A DNA stretch of 63,913 nucleotides from an uncultured Smithella sp. (lineage in GTDB: Bacteria > Desulfobacterota > Syntrophia > Syntrophales > Smithellaceae). Below, one piece after another: positions 35,578 to 44,655 of the stretch. The notes beneath the pieces are model-generated. The model was given only the letters and a program-made list of their open reading frames with translations. It was not told the DNA's origin and searched no databases. The DNA is taken from contig CAYZRT010000004.1 in assembly GCA_964480875.1 (NCBI GenBank), positions 1 to 63,913 of the forward strand. The letters are read 5' to 3'. Position 1 is the first letter of the stretch; each line of letters begins with the position of its first letter. Both the position numbers and the translations under genes were made by a program.

Positions 35578-36015
35578 ATGCAAGAAGGCAATAAGGGAGT
35601 GATTGATTTAACCGACCGCGTGCTGAAGGAGCTGCTCAAAAAGCCGGGCTTCAAGGAGAATGTCCGCACTGTGCTCCAGAATATCGATCCGGAATCGAGC
35701 CGCAGGCTGGTCAGGACGATGATGTGGCATGATCCGGAGTTTTTTCTGGGCGTACTGGGCGCTGTTCCCTCCATTGCCAATTCCTTGGTTCAATGCGTGG
35801 ACGAACTGCTCATTCAGCTCAACGAAAAATTTTCGCCGCAGCTGCTTCACGACTTTATGAAGTCGATTGTTTTGTCGCTGGACAAGGAAACTCTGGAAAG
35901 TATTGTCCGCAACGGGAAAGTGCTGGGAACGCAATTGTGGGTCATTGCGGAAGAAACATACAATGAACAGCAGGCTTCCAATACTGATACGGAGGGAGAT
36001 GAACATGGAAAATAA
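35578..36015 (+). CDS. Hypothetical helical protein, paralog 1 of 3
   Basis: 146 aa. It shares a ~75-aa module (NIDPESS...WHDPEFFLGVLGAVPSIANS...LNEKFSPQLLHDF...LDKETLESIV) with the next gene. Confidence 0.6.
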   Translation: MQEGNKGVIDLTDRVLKELLKKPGFKENVRTVLQNIDPESSRRLVRTMMWHDPEFFLGVLGAVPSIANSLVQCVDELLIQLNEKFSPQLLHDFMKSIVLSLDKETLESIVRNGKVLGTQLWVIAEETYNEQQASNTDTEGDEHGK

Positions 36016-36664
36016 CACCGTGATGCCCGCCGAAGGTGGCGTAATGAAAGAGGTGTTAAGCACACCCTTCGTGAAAGATTTGATTCGCAGTAATTTGCAG
36101 AACATCAAACCGGACAAAACGCATCCGGTGGTTAACGCTCTGATCTGGCAGGATCCGGAATTCATTCTGTCCGTTCTGGGATCGATTCCTACGGTCGTCA
36201 ATTCTTGCACCGGCGCTCTGGCGGAAGCGGGAAAACAAATCAATGAGAAATTTTCACCGGTACTGCTCAGGGATTATGTCGGGAGCATTCTGAAAGATAT
36301 TGACACGGAAGAATTGAAAGCCCTCGTTGAAGCTTACGTCGACCTTGGGAAAAATCTCTGGGAGGTTTCGCCGGAATTCAGGGAAATGGCGGGTCAAGCT
36401 TTAAAAGAAGATGCGCCGCCGCTGATCGGCAGAGGAATCAGTTCGGCCTGCCGCTTCGTTAATGAGGTCAGTAAAGAAGACCCGCGCGTGGTGAGCAAAT
36501 TTGTTTCCGATGTCGTTGCCAATATTGACGGCGATGAGTTTAAGGACGCGACTCATACGATTGTCAACGCGGTCCTTGATCAGAAGCTTCATTTGTTTTC
36601 CTGGACGTGGCAGTTGTTGTGCAAAAGGATGAAGAAGAAAAGTAAGAGAAAGGGTCATTATTGA
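36005..36664 (+). CDS. Hypothetical helical protein, paralog 2 of 3
   Basis: The start (36005, or 35999) overlaps the upstream stop, and GGAGGG lies upstream. The shared module is NIKPDKT...WQDPEFILSVLGSIPTVVNS...INEKFSPVLLRDY...IDTEELKALV. Confidence 0.6.
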   Translation: MENNTVMPAEGGVMKEVLSTPFVKDLIRSNLQNIKPDKTHPVVNALIWQDPEFILSVLGSIPTVVNSCTGALAEAGKQINEKFSPVLLRDYVGSILKDIDTEELKALVEAYVDLGKNLWEVSPEFREMAGQALKEDAPPLIGRGISSACRFVNEVSKEDPRVVSKFVSDVVANIDGDEFKDATHTIVNAVLDQKLHLFSWTWQLLCKRMKKKSKRKGHY

Positions 36665-36688
36665 AGATATTGAATGGAGGGATATTCC

Positions 36689-37972
36689 ATGAGTAATGTT
36701 GAAAAACCGGTTCAACCGGATAATGCCGCCGACCTTACCGGCAGTGTCGTGTGGAAAACAGTTAAAACTCCCATGATCAGAAAATTGATTACTGCCGCAG
36801 TTCATGAGGCACTAAAGGACTGGTCGGGCGACAGCAAGCTCAAGGCACGGATGTCCTCAAGCGTGGAAAATGTCGTGGAAAGTGTTTTGTCCACGGCAGA
36901 CAAAGCCGACGGCAAGATGGGCGTCGAACTGGGGAAGCTTTTAACCGCTTTTGCCCGGGAGACGAACGAGGAATTGAAGAAAGGATTAAAGGTCATTGAA
37001 GATCCCCGTCAGACCGCCATTAATGATTTTATCGTCAACACCGATTTTGGTGAGGTTAAGGAGATGATGGACCGCTCCGAAGGGCCTGTCATTCAAAACC
37101 TTGACATTGCCGTCGAATGCATCTGGAGATATCCGGCCAAAGTCGCATCGATACTGGCCTCACTCGTTTCCGCAGGCAATATCTCCGTCAAGAGCATTTC
37201 CATTATTATTAAGTCGCTTCTTGATAATCTCGGTCCGGATCTAACGGCCGATATTCTTCTTTCCATCGTGAGGGAGCTCAATGGCAAGGAAATAGGCAAG
37301 CTAACCAACAATGTTTCCGAACTGCTCCGTCGTATGCACACGGGGAGCCTCCTGCTGTCCAGGGGCGGCAAGTCACTTTTTGAAATTTACCTGACCAACC
37401 TTCTCAAGGATGCCGTCAGAGAGATAGATCCCGTCATTTTTACTAAAGCGCGCATCGCTCTGGCCGAAGACGGCGAAACCGTCGCCAAGTCCCTGGCGGA
37501 AGTGATGAGTGAAAATGAAAAAATGCTTTTTGCATCCGTGGCCGCCTATGCCGCTCTGGAGAATCCGAAGATCAGGGCCCGGGCCATTAAAATGAACCTT
37601 TATGAAAATGCCGATCAGGAAAAATTTATCGAAGCGGCAGCCAGCGGTATTTCCGATCTGGACACACAGGTCATGGCGGAGAATTTCAATGCAGCGCTCA
37701 GAATTATAAACAATATTCATGAAGCCAAGCCGGAGCTCTTTACGACTCTTCTGCGCGGATTTGCCGATTCCGTGGATGAAGATGAGCTGCAAAAAACGGC
37801 CCAATGGCTTGTTCCGGAGATTGTCGGCACTTTTAAAACGCTGGCTCCTGCGGCAATGCCTTCATTAATCAACGGATTCTGCGACATGGTTAAGGCAGAT
37901 CAAAGCGAGGAAGCCAGAAAGGCTATGGAAAACCTTAGATCTGTAATTTTAGCAGACGGAGGTGCGAAATGA
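36689..37972 (+). CDS. Hypothetical helical protein, distant paralog 3 of 3
   Basis: 427 aa from ATG 36689 (GGAGGG upstream). It is all-helical by composition with no Cys motifs, and shows weaker resemblance to the shared module (NLDIAVECIWRYPAKVASILASLVSAGN...). Confidence 0.55.
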   Translation: MSNVEKPVQPDNAADLTGSVVWKTVKTPMIRKLITAAVHEALKDWSGDSKLKARMSSSVENVVESVLSTADKADGKMGVELGKLLTAFARETNEELKKGLKVIEDPRQTAINDFIVNTDFGEVKEMMDRSEGPVIQNLDIAVECIWRYPAKVASILASLVSAGNISVKSISIIIKSLLDNLGPDLTADILLSIVRELNGKEIGKLTNNVSELLRRMHTGSLLLSRGGKSLFEIYLTNLLKDAVREIDPVIFTKARIALAEDGETVAKSLAEVMSENEKMLFASVAAYAALENPKIRARAIKMNLYENADQEKFIEAAASGISDLDTQVMAENFNAALRIINNIHEAKPELFTTLLRGFADSVDEDELQKTAQWLVPEIVGTFKTLAPAAMPSLINGFCDMVKADQSEEARKAMENLRSVILADGGAK

Positions 37973-39102
37973 TGAACGACTGGAAAGAAATTGTCAACAC
38001 AACAGAAAATTCCTACGTAAAAAAATGGAAAGAAAAAGGCAAGGCCGTCATTGGTTATCCATGTACCTTCGTTCCCGATGAAATTATTTATGCCGCCGAT
38101 ATTCTGCCTTATCGTTTAAGAGGAACGGGAACAACTTCTTCTTCCATCGGAGACACTTATTTCGGACCGGTGATCTGCAGTTTTCCCAAATGCGTTCTGC
38201 AACTTGCCGGAGAAGGAAAGTTTAATTTCCTTGACGGCACAATCATCGTGCCGGGATGCGATTCCATGAGAAGGCTGGATGAATGCTGGCGCAAGGCGGG
38301 CGAAGATTATCCGGGCATTGTCCCGGGATTCTTTCACTACTTCGGCGTACCCCATAAAGTGACTGACTATTCTCTGAAATGGTTTCATGAAGAAACGATA
38401 AAACTGCAGGGAAAAATCGAGGAACATTTCCACGTCAAGATAACCGATGAAGCCCTGAAAGGCGCCATACGAGTTTATAACGAAAGCAGAAAACTGCTCA
38501 TCCAGTTGGACAAGCTGCGCATCAAAGATGACGTTGTCATGACCGGAGAAGACGCGTTGATTATTATCCTGGCCAGCGCCGCCATGCCACGCGACGAATT
38601 CAACAAAATGCTTCGCAAAACCTTGTCGCAACTGGAAACGAAGAAAGAAACGATCAAGGGTAAAAAAAGGCTGATGCTGGTGGGATCCGCAAGTGACGAT
38701 CCGGAGTTCATGAAGGTTATCGAGGATTGCGGAGCCGTCATCGTCGCCGACACCATGTGTTTCGGTTCCCGCTCTTACAGTGATCTTACCGAGGAAGATG
38801 GTGATCCGCTGTTTGCTTTGGCTAAACGTTATCTCAATCATGCCTATTGTCCGCGAATGTTCGGATACTACAAGGAAAGATTAAAGTACATCATGGTCCG
38901 GGCGAAAGAAGCCAAAGTGGACGGGATTATTCTGCAGAATATCCGTTTCTGCGATCTGCACGGTTCGGAAAACGGCATTTTCGAAAGAGATCTGGAAAAA
39001 GAAGGCATCCCCTGCATGAGAATGGAGCGCGAGTACGGTCCGCTGACCGAGTCGGGACGTGTAAAAATGCGGGTTGACGCATTTCTGGAAAGAATTTCTT
39101 AA
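37969..39102 (+). CDS. BCR/HAD-family subunit, small type (BcrC/BadD/HgdB-like)
   Basis: 377 aa, with an ATGA overlap with the upstream gene. Conserved Cys contexts: GPVICSFPKC, VPGCDSMRRL, ADTMCFGSRSY and IRFCDLHG. Confidence 0.85.
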   Translation: MMNDWKEIVNTTENSYVKKWKEKGKAVIGYPCTFVPDEIIYAADILPYRLRGTGTTSSSIGDTYFGPVICSFPKCVLQLAGEGKFNFLDGTIIVPGCDSMRRLDECWRKAGEDYPGIVPGFFHYFGVPHKVTDYSLKWFHEETIKLQGKIEEHFHVKITDEALKGAIRVYNESRKLLIQLDKLRIKDDVVMTGEDALIIILASAAMPRDEFNKMLRKTLSQLETKKETIKGKKRLMLVGSASDDPEFMKVIEDCGAVIVADTMCFGSRSYSDLTEEDGDPLFALAKRYLNHAYCPRMFGYYKERLKYIMVRAKEAKVDGIILQNIRFCDLHGSENGIFERDLEKEGIPCMRMEREYGPLTESGRVKMRVDAFLERIS

Positions 39103-39118
39103 ACAAGGAGGATTTGCC

Positions 39119-39352
39119 ATGGAACAGCAGGATAAAATCGCCGTTGACGTTATTAAGAATATTGCCATTGATTCATCTCGGGTTCTGGCTGAAAGGCAGC
39201 GCGCCATCGATGCCCTGACCCTTTTTCATGAAGAAGCCCTTCCGGCGCTGAAAGAAATTGAAAAAATAGTTGACGTAAACATTCTTAAGGAAAGAGCCAG
39301 ACTCTATATTCAGAGAATCAAAGAAGGCGCTGTTTTGAGCATGAATGCTTAG
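39119..39352 (+). CDS. Small (77 aa) helical protein with a HEAT-like repeat
   Basis: AAGGAGG precedes ATG 39119. ERQRAIDALTLFHEEALPALKEI resembles a PBS-lyase/HEAT-type repeat. Confidence 0.4.
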   Translation: MEQQDKIAVDVIKNIAIDSSRVLAERQRAIDALTLFHEEALPALKEIEKIVDVNILKERARLYIQRIKEGAVLSMNA

Positions 39353-39455
39353 TAAGTTTGAATTTGTTTTATGCGATGAAACAAATTCATTAACGCACTT
39401 ACCCCGCACAGGCGGGACTTGTCCCGTTTATCGGGGTTAAAGGAAGGATAATAGG

Positions 39456-40859
39456 ATGAAGAAGGAGACTAGAGAATACAATTTTGACTGGAATATGTGG
39501 ACGATTCTGGAAAATGCCTCCAAGACGGCGGATGGTTCCCGCAAGGAATACGAAACGCTTCTCCCGTATATTCCTCACTATCGCAACGTACTGGATGCTT
39601 TTGCCAAGCACGGAGAACCGGGCATCCTTTTTTTGAAGATTATCGCCAAATACGCCAATGATTGCGTGCGCGCTCATATCGAGGGCAGAAAAACAGCGGG
39701 GGTAACATTCTGTTTTGCCACGCCCATTTTGTACGCTTTCAACATTCAGCCCATTGCGCTGGAACCGTGGAGCGTTCTGGCTACGGTTGTTTTGAAAAGG
39801 GGAACCGCCGAATTTCTGGATTATTGCAGCGAACTCGGTTTTACCGAAACATCCTGTTCATCGCAAAGAGGATCGCTGGGTGCTTATCTGTGCGGCTTGG
39901 CGACAAGCCTCGATTTTGTTGTTTATGACTCGCCGGGCATATGCGATACCAATGCCAACTCATTTTCGTTTGCCGCCTCCTATCTGGATATTCCCTTCTA
40001 TCAGTTAAACTACCCTTACACCCTGACTGATGAACGGGCGACGGAATATCACCGGGCGGATTTCAGGGGGCTGATAAAGTTTCTGGAAGAACAGACGGGC
40101 AGAAAGATGGATATGGATAGGCTGCGCGACGTCATGAATGAATCCAGAAAACAGGATGACCTGACCTGTGAATTGCTGGATTTACAGAGGCTCAGGCCCT
40201 GTCCCATGCCGCCGATATACGAGTTGATGCTTTACGGCGGGCGTTTCATGATGAACGGCACCCGGGAATACACGCTACTGCTGGAGTCCATGCTGAAGCA
40301 CACCCGAAAGAAAGCCGGGGAAGGCAAGGCCGGAACGACATCCGGCGAAGAAAAAGCCCGGGGTCTTTTCTGTTATATCGACCATTACACAACCGACGGA
40401 CGGCTTTGGGATTTCCTCGATCAACGCAATATTTCGCATATGGGGTCCATCCTGTTCAACTTCTGGCAGAAAGACAGTTTATACGCCGGGGGCAAGGAGG
40501 ACGAAGGCTATCGTTTTGATGACGAACACCTTGACGCCATCATTGATTCCCTTGCCGCCCAGATGTCCAGAATGCCGATGGTCAAACAAATCAGAGGGCC
40601 TTATGACGCGCCGGGCATGTGGCTGGACGACACCCTGGGCGCGATAAACATTATGAAGCCGGATTTCGTTGTTTATATGGGAACGATGGGTTGCCGCAAT
40701 ACCTGGGGAATGGTGAAACCTTTTGTTCGCGATCTGGAAAAGCACGGCATTCCGACGCTTTATATTTACGCGGACAGTTTTGATGACCGGGTGCAATCAT
40801 GGCAAGCCGTGGCGGATAAGCTTGAAGAGTTTCTGAATGTTCGTAAAATAGTGACATGA
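39456..40859 (+). CDS. BCR/HAD-family subunit, large type (BcrB/BadE/HgdA-like), copy 1
   Basis: 467 aa. TETSCSSQRGSLGAYL, YDSPGICDTNANSF and YMGTMGCRNTWG. Confidence 0.85.
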   Translation: MKKETREYNFDWNMWTILENASKTADGSRKEYETLLPYIPHYRNVLDAFAKHGEPGILFLKIIAKYANDCVRAHIEGRKTAGVTFCFATPILYAFNIQPIALEPWSVLATVVLKRGTAEFLDYCSELGFTETSCSSQRGSLGAYLCGLATSLDFVVYDSPGICDTNANSFSFAASYLDIPFYQLNYPYTLTDERATEYHRADFRGLIKFLEEQTGRKMDMDRLRDVMNESRKQDDLTCELLDLQRLRPCPMPPIYELMLYGGRFMMNGTREYTLLLESMLKHTRKKAGEGKAGTTSGEEKARGLFCYIDHYTTDGRLWDFLDQRNISHMGSILFNFWQKDSLYAGGKEDEGYRFDDEHLDAIIDSLAAQMSRMPMVKQIRGPYDAPGMWLDDTLGAINIMKPDFVVYMGTMGCRNTWGMVKPFVRDLEKHGIPTLYIYADSFDDRVQSWQAVADKLEEFLNVRKIVT

Positions 40860-40942
40860 ACGATGGTTGTTTGAGCCGGTTCACCATCTGAATTTTCTGC
40901 AGTAGAAAAACCGGCGTTTCCTTGTAAAGAAGGAGAATAAAC

Positions 40943-42346
40943 ATGAAAAGAGAAACTAGAGAATATAATTTTGACTGGAGCCTCTGGAATATTCTGGAAA
41001 ACGCGGCAAAAACATGTGACGGATCCCAAAAAGAATATGAAACTCTTCTTCCTTTCATACACCACTACAGGGATGTCTTGGATGCTTTTGTGAAACAGGG
41101 GGAACCTGGTGTTCTCTTTTTGAAGTTACTGGCCCGTTACATGAAAGACTGTGTCACGGCAAAGGAAAAGGGCAAGAAAGTTTCCATGACGACATTTTGT
41201 CTGGCTATTCCTATTCTTTATGCTTTTAATATCCAACCTCTGGCGCTGGAAGTGTGGTCTGTTCTGGGCACCATTGTACTCAAGCGAGGCACTGCGGAAT
41301 TTCTGGATTTCTGCTGTGAATTGGGATTTACGGAAACATCCTGCTCCGCCCAGCGTGGGGCTTTGGGTGCTTACCTGTCAGGTCTGGGCGTAAAACCGGA
41401 TCTCATCGTTTGTGACTCTCCAGGTGTCTGCGACACGAATGCCAATTCTTTCGCTTTTGCGGCAGCGTATCTTGATTTGCCGTTTTATCAATTAAATTAC
41501 CCGTCCACGTTAACAGAAGGTCGTTCGGAAAGATACCACCGTGAAGACTACAGAGGATTGATAAAATTTCTGGAAGAACAGACCGGCCAGAAACTCGACA
41601 TCGACAAACTAGGGGCAATTATAAGAGAAACTAAAAAGCAGGATGAACTTGCCTGTGAAATATTCGAAATGCTCAGGCTAAAACCTTCCCCTGTTCCCGC
41701 CATTTATGATCTTCTGCTCTATGGCGGAAAATTCATGATGGGTGGATTACCTCAATACACGGAACTACTGGAAGCGATGGTCCGAAAAGCAAAAGATAAT
41801 ATGCAAAAAGGAATCGCCGGAACATCATCAGGCAGGGAAAAGCTACGGGGGATGTTTTGCTATATTGATCATTATACAACAGATGCCCGGATGTGGAGTT
41901 TTCTGGATAGTAAAGATATCAGTCATCTTGGTTCCCTGCTCTTCGGCTTCTGGCAGACGGAAATGCCTTATGCGAAAGGCCGGGAAGCAGAAGGCTATGC
42001 CATTGATGACCGTTCTCTGGATTCGATGATTGATTCCATGGCCGCCATGAATTCCCGTATGCCCATGGTCAAACAAATCAGAGGGCCTTATGATATGCCG
42101 GAGATGTGGCGCGAAGATGTTATGGGTATGGTAAAGTTAACAAAGCCGGATTTCGTGGCCTATATGGGAACCATCGGCTGCCGCAACACCTGGGGCATGA
42201 TTAAATTGCTGGTCAGGGATCTGGAGAATGCCGGTGTCCCGACCATTGTTCTTTATGGAGACGGCTTTGACGACCGGGTACAGTCGTGGGAATCCATAAG
42301 CGATAAAATATCTGAATTCATACATGTCAGGGGGATATTAAAATGA
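40943..42346 (+). CDS. BCR/HAD-family subunit, large type, copy 2 (tandem paralog)
   Basis: 467 aa, collinear with copy 1 with no indels and roughly two thirds identical by eye. TETSCSAQRGALGAYL, CDSPGVCDTNANSF and YMGTIGCRNTWG. Confidence 0.85.
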   Translation: MKRETREYNFDWSLWNILENAAKTCDGSQKEYETLLPFIHHYRDVLDAFVKQGEPGVLFLKLLARYMKDCVTAKEKGKKVSMTTFCLAIPILYAFNIQPLALEVWSVLGTIVLKRGTAEFLDFCCELGFTETSCSAQRGALGAYLSGLGVKPDLIVCDSPGVCDTNANSFAFAAAYLDLPFYQLNYPSTLTEGRSERYHREDYRGLIKFLEEQTGQKLDIDKLGAIIRETKKQDELACEIFEMLRLKPSPVPAIYDLLLYGGKFMMGGLPQYTELLEAMVRKAKDNMQKGIAGTSSGREKLRGMFCYIDHYTTDARMWSFLDSKDISHLGSLLFGFWQTEMPYAKGREAEGYAIDDRSLDSMIDSMAAMNSRMPMVKQIRGPYDMPEMWREDVMGMVKLTKPDFVAYMGTIGCRNTWGMIKLLVRDLENAGVPTIVLYGDGFDDRVQSWESISDKISEFIHVRGILK

Positions 42347-43131
42347 TTGTAGCGGGATGTGATGTGGGCTCTCTGACCGCCAAGGCGGTCATCATGAACG
42401 GCTCTATTCTGGGGTCTGCGGTTATCAAGGCGAAAGCCAAACCGGAAGAATCAGCCTCCAAAGTTATGAATCAGGCTCTGGCCAAAGCCGGTTTGAAAAT
42501 GGAGGATATTTCTTTCTGCGTCGGCACCGGATACGGCAGAAATAAAATTCCCTTTGTCAATGTAACGATGTCGGAAATTGCCTGTCACGGCAGGGGAGCG
42601 CAATGGATCATGCCATCCGTTAGGACGGTTATTGACATCGGAGGGCAGGATTGCAAAGCTATGCGTCTGGACAAGGATGGAAATGTTCTTAAGTTTTCTA
42701 CCAATGACAAGTGTGCTGCCGGAACAGGAAGGTTTCTGGAGGTCATGGCCAAACTGCTGGGAGTGAGTCTTGATGAACTGGGAACCATATCGGAAAACGC
42801 CAAGGACCCTCTGTCGCTTTCGTCCACCTGTACGGTCTGGGTACAGGCCGAAGTGATTCACCACCTCAATTCCCAAAAACCCATAGAAGATATTGCCGCG
42901 GCGATCAACCGGGCAATGGCCATTCGTGTCGCCATTTTGGCCAATCAAGTCAGCGCCGAAAGGGACATCTGCATGTCGGGTGGAGTGGCGAAAAACAAAG
43001 GCGTCGTTGCCGATTTGGAAAAGGTGCTGGGAATGAAGATTAAAAAGCTGAAATATGATCCTCAAATCGTCGGAGCGATAGGCGCAGCAGTCATCGCCGG
43101 GGAGAAAGCAAAAGGAGGGAAGGCATCATGA
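42343..43131 (+). CDS. BcrAD/BadFG/HgdC-type activase ATPase, copy 1
   Basis: MIVAGCDVGSLTAKAVIM, GTGYGR, EIACHGRGA, IDIGGQDCKA, NDKCAAGTGRFLE and GGVAKN. ATGA overlap with the upstream gene. Confidence 0.9.
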   Translation: MIVAGCDVGSLTAKAVIMNGSILGSAVIKAKAKPEESASKVMNQALAKAGLKMEDISFCVGTGYGRNKIPFVNVTMSEIACHGRGAQWIMPSVRTVIDIGGQDCKAMRLDKDGNVLKFSTNDKCAAGTGRFLEVMAKLLGVSLDELGTISENAKDPLSLSSTCTVWVQAEVIHHLNSQKPIEDIAAAINRAMAIRVAILANQVSAERDICMSGGVAKNKGVVADLEKVLGMKIKKLKYDPQIVGAIGAAVIAGEKAKGGKAS

Positions 43132-43907
43132 TCGTAGCCGGATGCGACGTCGGTTCTTTGACGGCCAAAGCCGTTATTATGAAAAATAATGAAATACTGG
43201 CAGCAAAAGTTATACGGGCGAAATCCCATCCGGAGGAGTCGGCGCGGAAAATCATGGCGCAGGCCCTGGAACAGGCTGGTCTTGTAATAGATGAAATATC
43301 CTATTGCGTGGGAACGGGCTACGGCCGGGCCAGCATTCCTTTCGCCACTTCGGTGGAATCGGAAATTGCCTGCCATGGCAGAGGCGCCCAGTGGCAGATG
43401 CCGTCGGTGAGAATGGTCATTGACATCGGCGGGCAGGATGCCAAGGCGATTCGTCTCGATGAAAAAGGAAACGTTATCAGATATGTTTATAATGATAAAT
43501 GCGCTTCCGGAACGGGCAGGTTTCTGGAGGTGATGGCCGACGCGTTAAGCATTGACATTACTGAAATGGGAGCTGTTTCCCTTTCTTCACAAAATCCGAT
43601 CAGCATTTCCAATCAATGCGTCATCTTCGCGGAAACGGAAATTGTTTCTTTAATCAATGAGGGCAAAAACATGGCCGATATTGTCAGCGGCTTGCACAAT
43701 GCATTAGCGCACAGGGTTGCCGCATTGGCCAAGGGAATTGAACTGCAGGAAGACATCGTCATGACGGGCGGCGTTGCCAAGAACGAAGGCATGTTTATGG
43801 CCCTGGAAAAAGCCCTGAGCAAAAAAATTAAAAATGTCGGAAGAGATCCTCAGGTCAATGGCGCCTTGGGAGCGGCTATTTTTGCCGCCGAACGTTTGAA
43901 AAATTAA
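43128..43907 (+). CDS. BcrAD/BadFG/HgdC-type activase ATPase, copy 2
   Basis: It has the same motif set (NDKCASGTGRFLE, GGVAKN). The first 18 aa are identical to copy 1, but the DNA differs at many synonymous sites. Confidence 0.9.
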   Translation: MIVAGCDVGSLTAKAVIMKNNEILAAKVIRAKSHPEESARKIMAQALEQAGLVIDEISYCVGTGYGRASIPFATSVESEIACHGRGAQWQMPSVRMVIDIGGQDAKAIRLDEKGNVIRYVYNDKCASGTGRFLEVMADALSIDITEMGAVSLSSQNPISISNQCVIFAETEIVSLINEGKNMADIVSGLHNALAHRVAALAKGIELQEDIVMTGGVAKNEGMFMALEKALSKKIKNVGRDPQVNGALGAAIFAAERLKN

Positions 43908-43920
43908 GGATGTAATTTTT

Positions 43921-44655
43921 ATGGAGCTTTTCGAACACACCTTCGATGAAATCCGAAATTTTTCAAGCAAAAGAAAAGGTAAATCCTGGATTCCGGAACC
44001 GTATGCCAAGCACTGGCCGGAAGGGGGCGGCAGAGACGTTGTTTTGTCTGATGACATGGGCGTGGAGCTGGGCAGTCCGCAGATGGAATCCTCTTCCTGC
44101 TTAATCTGGACGGAAAATTCCGATCTGGTTTGTGATCGCAAAATTACACTGATCGGTCCCGATGTTCCGTCGAGCTTAAACACGAGCTTGTCTTTCGGAA
44201 AGGTCGTTCTTGTTGCAGTCAGTGGATTTAATGAGGACAATACTTACGACCGTTACAAGGAAATGGAATCTGTCAGATATGCCATCGATCTGAAAGGATA
44301 CATGATCAGGGCCGTATCCCAGTATCAGCGGGAATGGAGCCGTATCAGCCGAGAGGCCGTGCAAAACGGTTTTTCTTTTGAGGTGCTGGGTCAGGCTCTG
44401 CGGAATGAATATATGAAGAAAGATTTTATTCATTCCGTCGAATTTCTTTTTGTTACGTCAAATTCGGAAGATGTGCGCGAACTCCAGGAAATAACAAAAA
44501 ATGTGGGAAGGACAATCAATGCCCTGGATAAAATGCTCAACGAAATAAATTCAGATTGTGACGAGTGCGAGTATAACGATGTTTGCGATGAGGTGGCGGA
44601 ACTTAAAAGCATGAGAAAATTACGTAATGGAAAAAGGATGAACCAACATGACTAA
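43921..44655 (+). CDS. Truncated acetyl-CoA synthase (AcsB/CdhC) middle-domain-like protein
   Basis: MGVELGSPQ..., KITLIGPDV, WSRISREAVQNGFSFEVLGQAL, VEFLFVTSNSEDVRELQEI and a terminal CDECEYNDVC align by eye with Moorella AcsB (VEMGGNRTP..., IEVIGPDI, WLRVSKDAVAKGFRFKNYGEIL, VQVTIFTDEAKVKEYMEV, CVLCQSFAPNHVC) as I recall that sequence. Confidence 0.6.
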   Translation: MELFEHTFDEIRNFSSKRKGKSWIPEPYAKHWPEGGGRDVVLSDDMGVELGSPQMESSSCLIWTENSDLVCDRKITLIGPDVPSSLNTSLSFGKVVLVAVSGFNEDNTYDRYKEMESVRYAIDLKGYMIRAVSQYQREWSRISREAVQNGFSFEVLGQALRNEYMKKDFIHSVEFLFVTSNSEDVRELQEITKNVGRTINALDKMLNEINSDCDECEYNDVCDEVAELKSMRKLRNGKRMNQHD

